Origin: a virus
Lineage: Duplodnaviria > Caudoviricetes
Direction: 5' to 3' (one strand)
DNA length: 39,023 nucleotides
Virus record (IMG/VR): IMGVR_UViG_3300037310_000168
Span: 1 to 39,023 of that record
The translations under genes were made by a program, and so were the position numbers. Below the pieces are notes generated by a model. It saw only the letters and a list, made by a program, of their open reading frames with translations, made no database searches and was not told the origin of the DNA. This document shows positions 37,132 through 39,023 of the stretch, piece by piece. How positions within the stretch are numbered: the stretch's first letter is position 1; every line of letters starts with the position of its first letter.

Positions 37132-37895
37132 TATTTCAAAATCCTCAGTCTTTCTTGTTCTTTAGGATTCGATATAGACTCGTCTATATATTTTATAGCT
37201 GCTTCTGGCCCAAATTTATTTAGATACTCGTCCATATCTTTGGCATTATTAATACGACAACGATAGATTTTAATCTCTTTCTTGGAATCATACGCCGTCA
37301 TTTTTTTATTGAACGAGCTTAGAGCCTGTAGTCCGCCATCGTCGTTATCAAACATCAACACGATTTCTTTGGCATATCTAGACAATAGAATCATATGATG
37401 CTCTGATAATGTCGTTCCCATACAACATACTGCATTTTTTATACCGTGCTGATGGGCAGTTACAACGTCGGCATATCCCTCAAACACTATGACTCTGCCT
37501 GTTGCCAAAATATGATCGATGGCCCTATGCAGCCCATACAGAACTTTTGTTTTTTCAAAAAATGTGTTGTAATACTTGGGCTTAATTTGAGCGTTTAAAG
37601 TTCTTCCGGCTATTGCGATGCATTTTCCCCACGTATCATGGATGGGGAATATGATTCGATCGAAGAACAATGACTTCTTCTTGCGTATGATTCCCGTATC
37701 TTCCAGGTCGTCATACTTTCCACCGCTATTAACTAGCCCAACCTTTAATGATAATAATTCGGTCTTCGGAAAATACCCTATTCCCCATTCATTAATAGTT
37801 TGGTCAGACCATGCGCGGGTTTTGACATATTCATTGAATACATCGTTTCTACTATTGACAGTGTGTTTTGATACAACATCAAAAACATTATACAT
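37131..37895 (-). CDS. dnaG: DnaG-type primase core (Toprim), no N-terminal zinc finger
   Basis: DRIIFPI, GR...PKYYN, FEGYADV, MGT, FDNDDGG, KDMDE. Confidence 0.88.
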   Translation of the reverse strand: MYNVFDVVSKHTVNSRNDVFNEYVKTRAWSDQTINEWGIGYFPKTELLSLKVGLVNSGGKYDDLEDTGIIRKKKSLFFDRIIFPIHDTWGKCIAIAGRTLNAQIKPKYYNTFFEKTKVLYGLHRAIDHILATGRVIVFEGYADVVTAHQHGIKNAVCCMGTTLSEHHMILLSRYAKEIVLMFDNDDGGLQALSSFNKKMTAYDSKKEIKIYRCRINNAKDMDEYLNKFGPEAAIKYIDESISNPKEQERLRILK

Positions 37896-38466
37896 GTATG
37901 GCTACTAAATTTTTGGGTACGACTAACGTAAAAAATGTATCATCATTCTTATTATAGTAGAATTTAACAGTTTTTAAATCTATATTTTGTGAATTTAGTT
38001 TGCATGTCACCGTGGCATTTATTTTTTGAGGCACATGCTTGGTTAGGACTATTTTTTTATTTGACAAAGGTATGGCATCGGATTTCATATTTGCCATGAA
38101 GTCATTGCTGCTAATATTAAAATATAATTCTCTGGGAAGCTCGACGCATGGCTCAAAACCTTCTGGAACATTCAAATTATAAATGAAACTGTGCCCATGT
38201 CTTGCGCAAATTTTAGAACCATCATTGCTTAGTTTAAATATGCCACCTGAAAGATCTTTGGTTATATATATAAACTCATCTTTGGAAATTGACATATCGA
38301 AATGCTTTTCTATTAAACTCATAAGCGCCTGGGAGTCGGCATACCCCTCGGAATCAAGGCGCACTTTATAATAGAACGGCTTATGACGCAAAACAAATGA
38401 GAGGAACTTCTTTATTTTCAAGATGTCCTCTTTGTTATTTTTTGAAAAATTATTTTGTACGCTCAT
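37888..38466 (-). CDS. Degenerate Tpt1/KptA RNA 2'-phosphotransferase-like protein
   Basis: LSFVLRHKP...LDSEGY...KICARHGHS; NAD-lobe motifs altered (LYFNI instead of LYHGT). Confidence 0.75.
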   Translation of the reverse strand: MSVQNNFSKNNKEDILKIKKFLSFVLRHKPFYYKVRLDSEGYADSQALMSLIEKHFDMSISKDEFIYITKDLSGGIFKLSNDGSKICARHGHSFIYNLNVPEGFEPCVELPRELYFNISSNDFMANMKSDAIPLSNKKIVLTKHVPQKINATVTCKLNSQNIDLKTVKFYYNKNDDTFFTLVVPKNLVAIHV

Positions 38467-39023
38467 AGCTGCTTTAGAATTTCTACGAATTTTTTAGCGG
38501 GAATATCCCAATTATAATTATCTCGCACCCACGTCTCGGCATAATTTCCTATCTCAGCTGCCTTGTCATAGTTCTCTTTCACCCAGCACATAGCTTCTAT
38601 TATATCATTTTCCTGTGGAGAAAACCATGTTCCATTGCTGCCCTTTTGTGGAAAGAAGTTTGGATCGTAAACTGGTTCTTCTACTAGGTTTGGAAGAATT
38701 ATTGAGTTTTTATCATTAACGTAGTCTAGCATGGCCGAGTTCTTGGACGTAATGACCGGTAATCCGCAAGCCATAGCCTCTAAGGTTGGAAGCCCGATAC
38801 CTTCCGAGCATGATGCAAATACGGCGGCATGGTGGCTATTATAGACAGGTTTCATGTCTGGCTCGAAGTCTCTAATATCAAAATTGTCGAAACAGTGCTC
38901 AAGCCCGTCTTCTTTTAGGGTGTTATATACGAATGACTGGGCATTAAAGTTTGGGATATGATGATTATTTATGAAAAGCGTCATTCTTACTTTCCTATCA
39001 CCATTAAATGCCTTTGCAAACGC
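38463..39023 (-). CDS. GT4-family (group 1) glycosyltransferase, 5'-partial
   Basis: EGIGLPTLEAMACGLPVI motif; frame stays open from 38984 to the window end (AFAKAFNGDRKVR). Confidence 0.88.
   Translation of the reverse strand, partial: AFAKAFNGDRKVRMTLFINNHHIPNFNAQSFVYNTLKEDGLEHCFDNFDIRDFEPDMKPVYNSHHAAVFASCSEGIGLPTLEAMACGLPVITSKNSAMLDYVNDKNSIILPNLVEEPVYDPNFFPQKGSNGTWFSPQENDIIEAMCWVKENYDKAAEIGNYAETWVRDNYNWDIPAKKFVEILKQL

Noticed and set aside
554-38371. Plus-strand and nested short ORFs in the track
   Set aside because: They are antisense or alternative-frame shadows of well-supported minus-strand genes, with no recognisable motifs.
1-39023. Stop-codon recoding as seen in some large phages
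   Set aside because: Core genes are full-length and tightly packed under code 11; TAA and TGA are used as stops, TAG rarely (10273).
1-39023. tRNA/rRNA genes, introns, inteins
   Set aside because: No gap shows such features; terminase, portal, MCP and primase are uninterrupted.

Overview
The window is a 39-kb segment of a large tailed dsDNA phage (Caudoviricetes-like, probably jumbo/huge class). Essentially all real genes are on the minus strand and read intact in genetic code 11. In transcription order (right to left) it has: (1) the end of a replication/accessory operon (GT4 glycosyltransferase, degenerate Tpt1/KptA, primase lacking a zinc finger, sigma-region-4 HTH protein, terminator); (2) a ~25-kb head-assembly region (many putative core proteins, MuF-like protein, candidate small terminase, GpA-like large terminase, portal, prohead protease, scaffold, decoration protein, HK97-type major capsid protein, strong terminator); (3) five translationally coupled genes sharing an N-terminal MNYRxLIAYLGQSR leader; (4) small membrane proteins, a permuted NlpC/P60 enzyme, and fibre genes including three Gly-X-Ser/Thr collagen-like paralogues. 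Main observations: an uncalled 58-aa stand-alone PLMP/RRXRR (IscB N-terminal-like) ORF abutting and in frame with the capsid gene; a candidate capsid-targeting leader and Ala-specific maturation motif; an ~80-aa module shared by protease, scaffold and a third protein; and a two-state RNA hairpin just before the terminase. All family calls come from motif recognition by eye; no searches were run.
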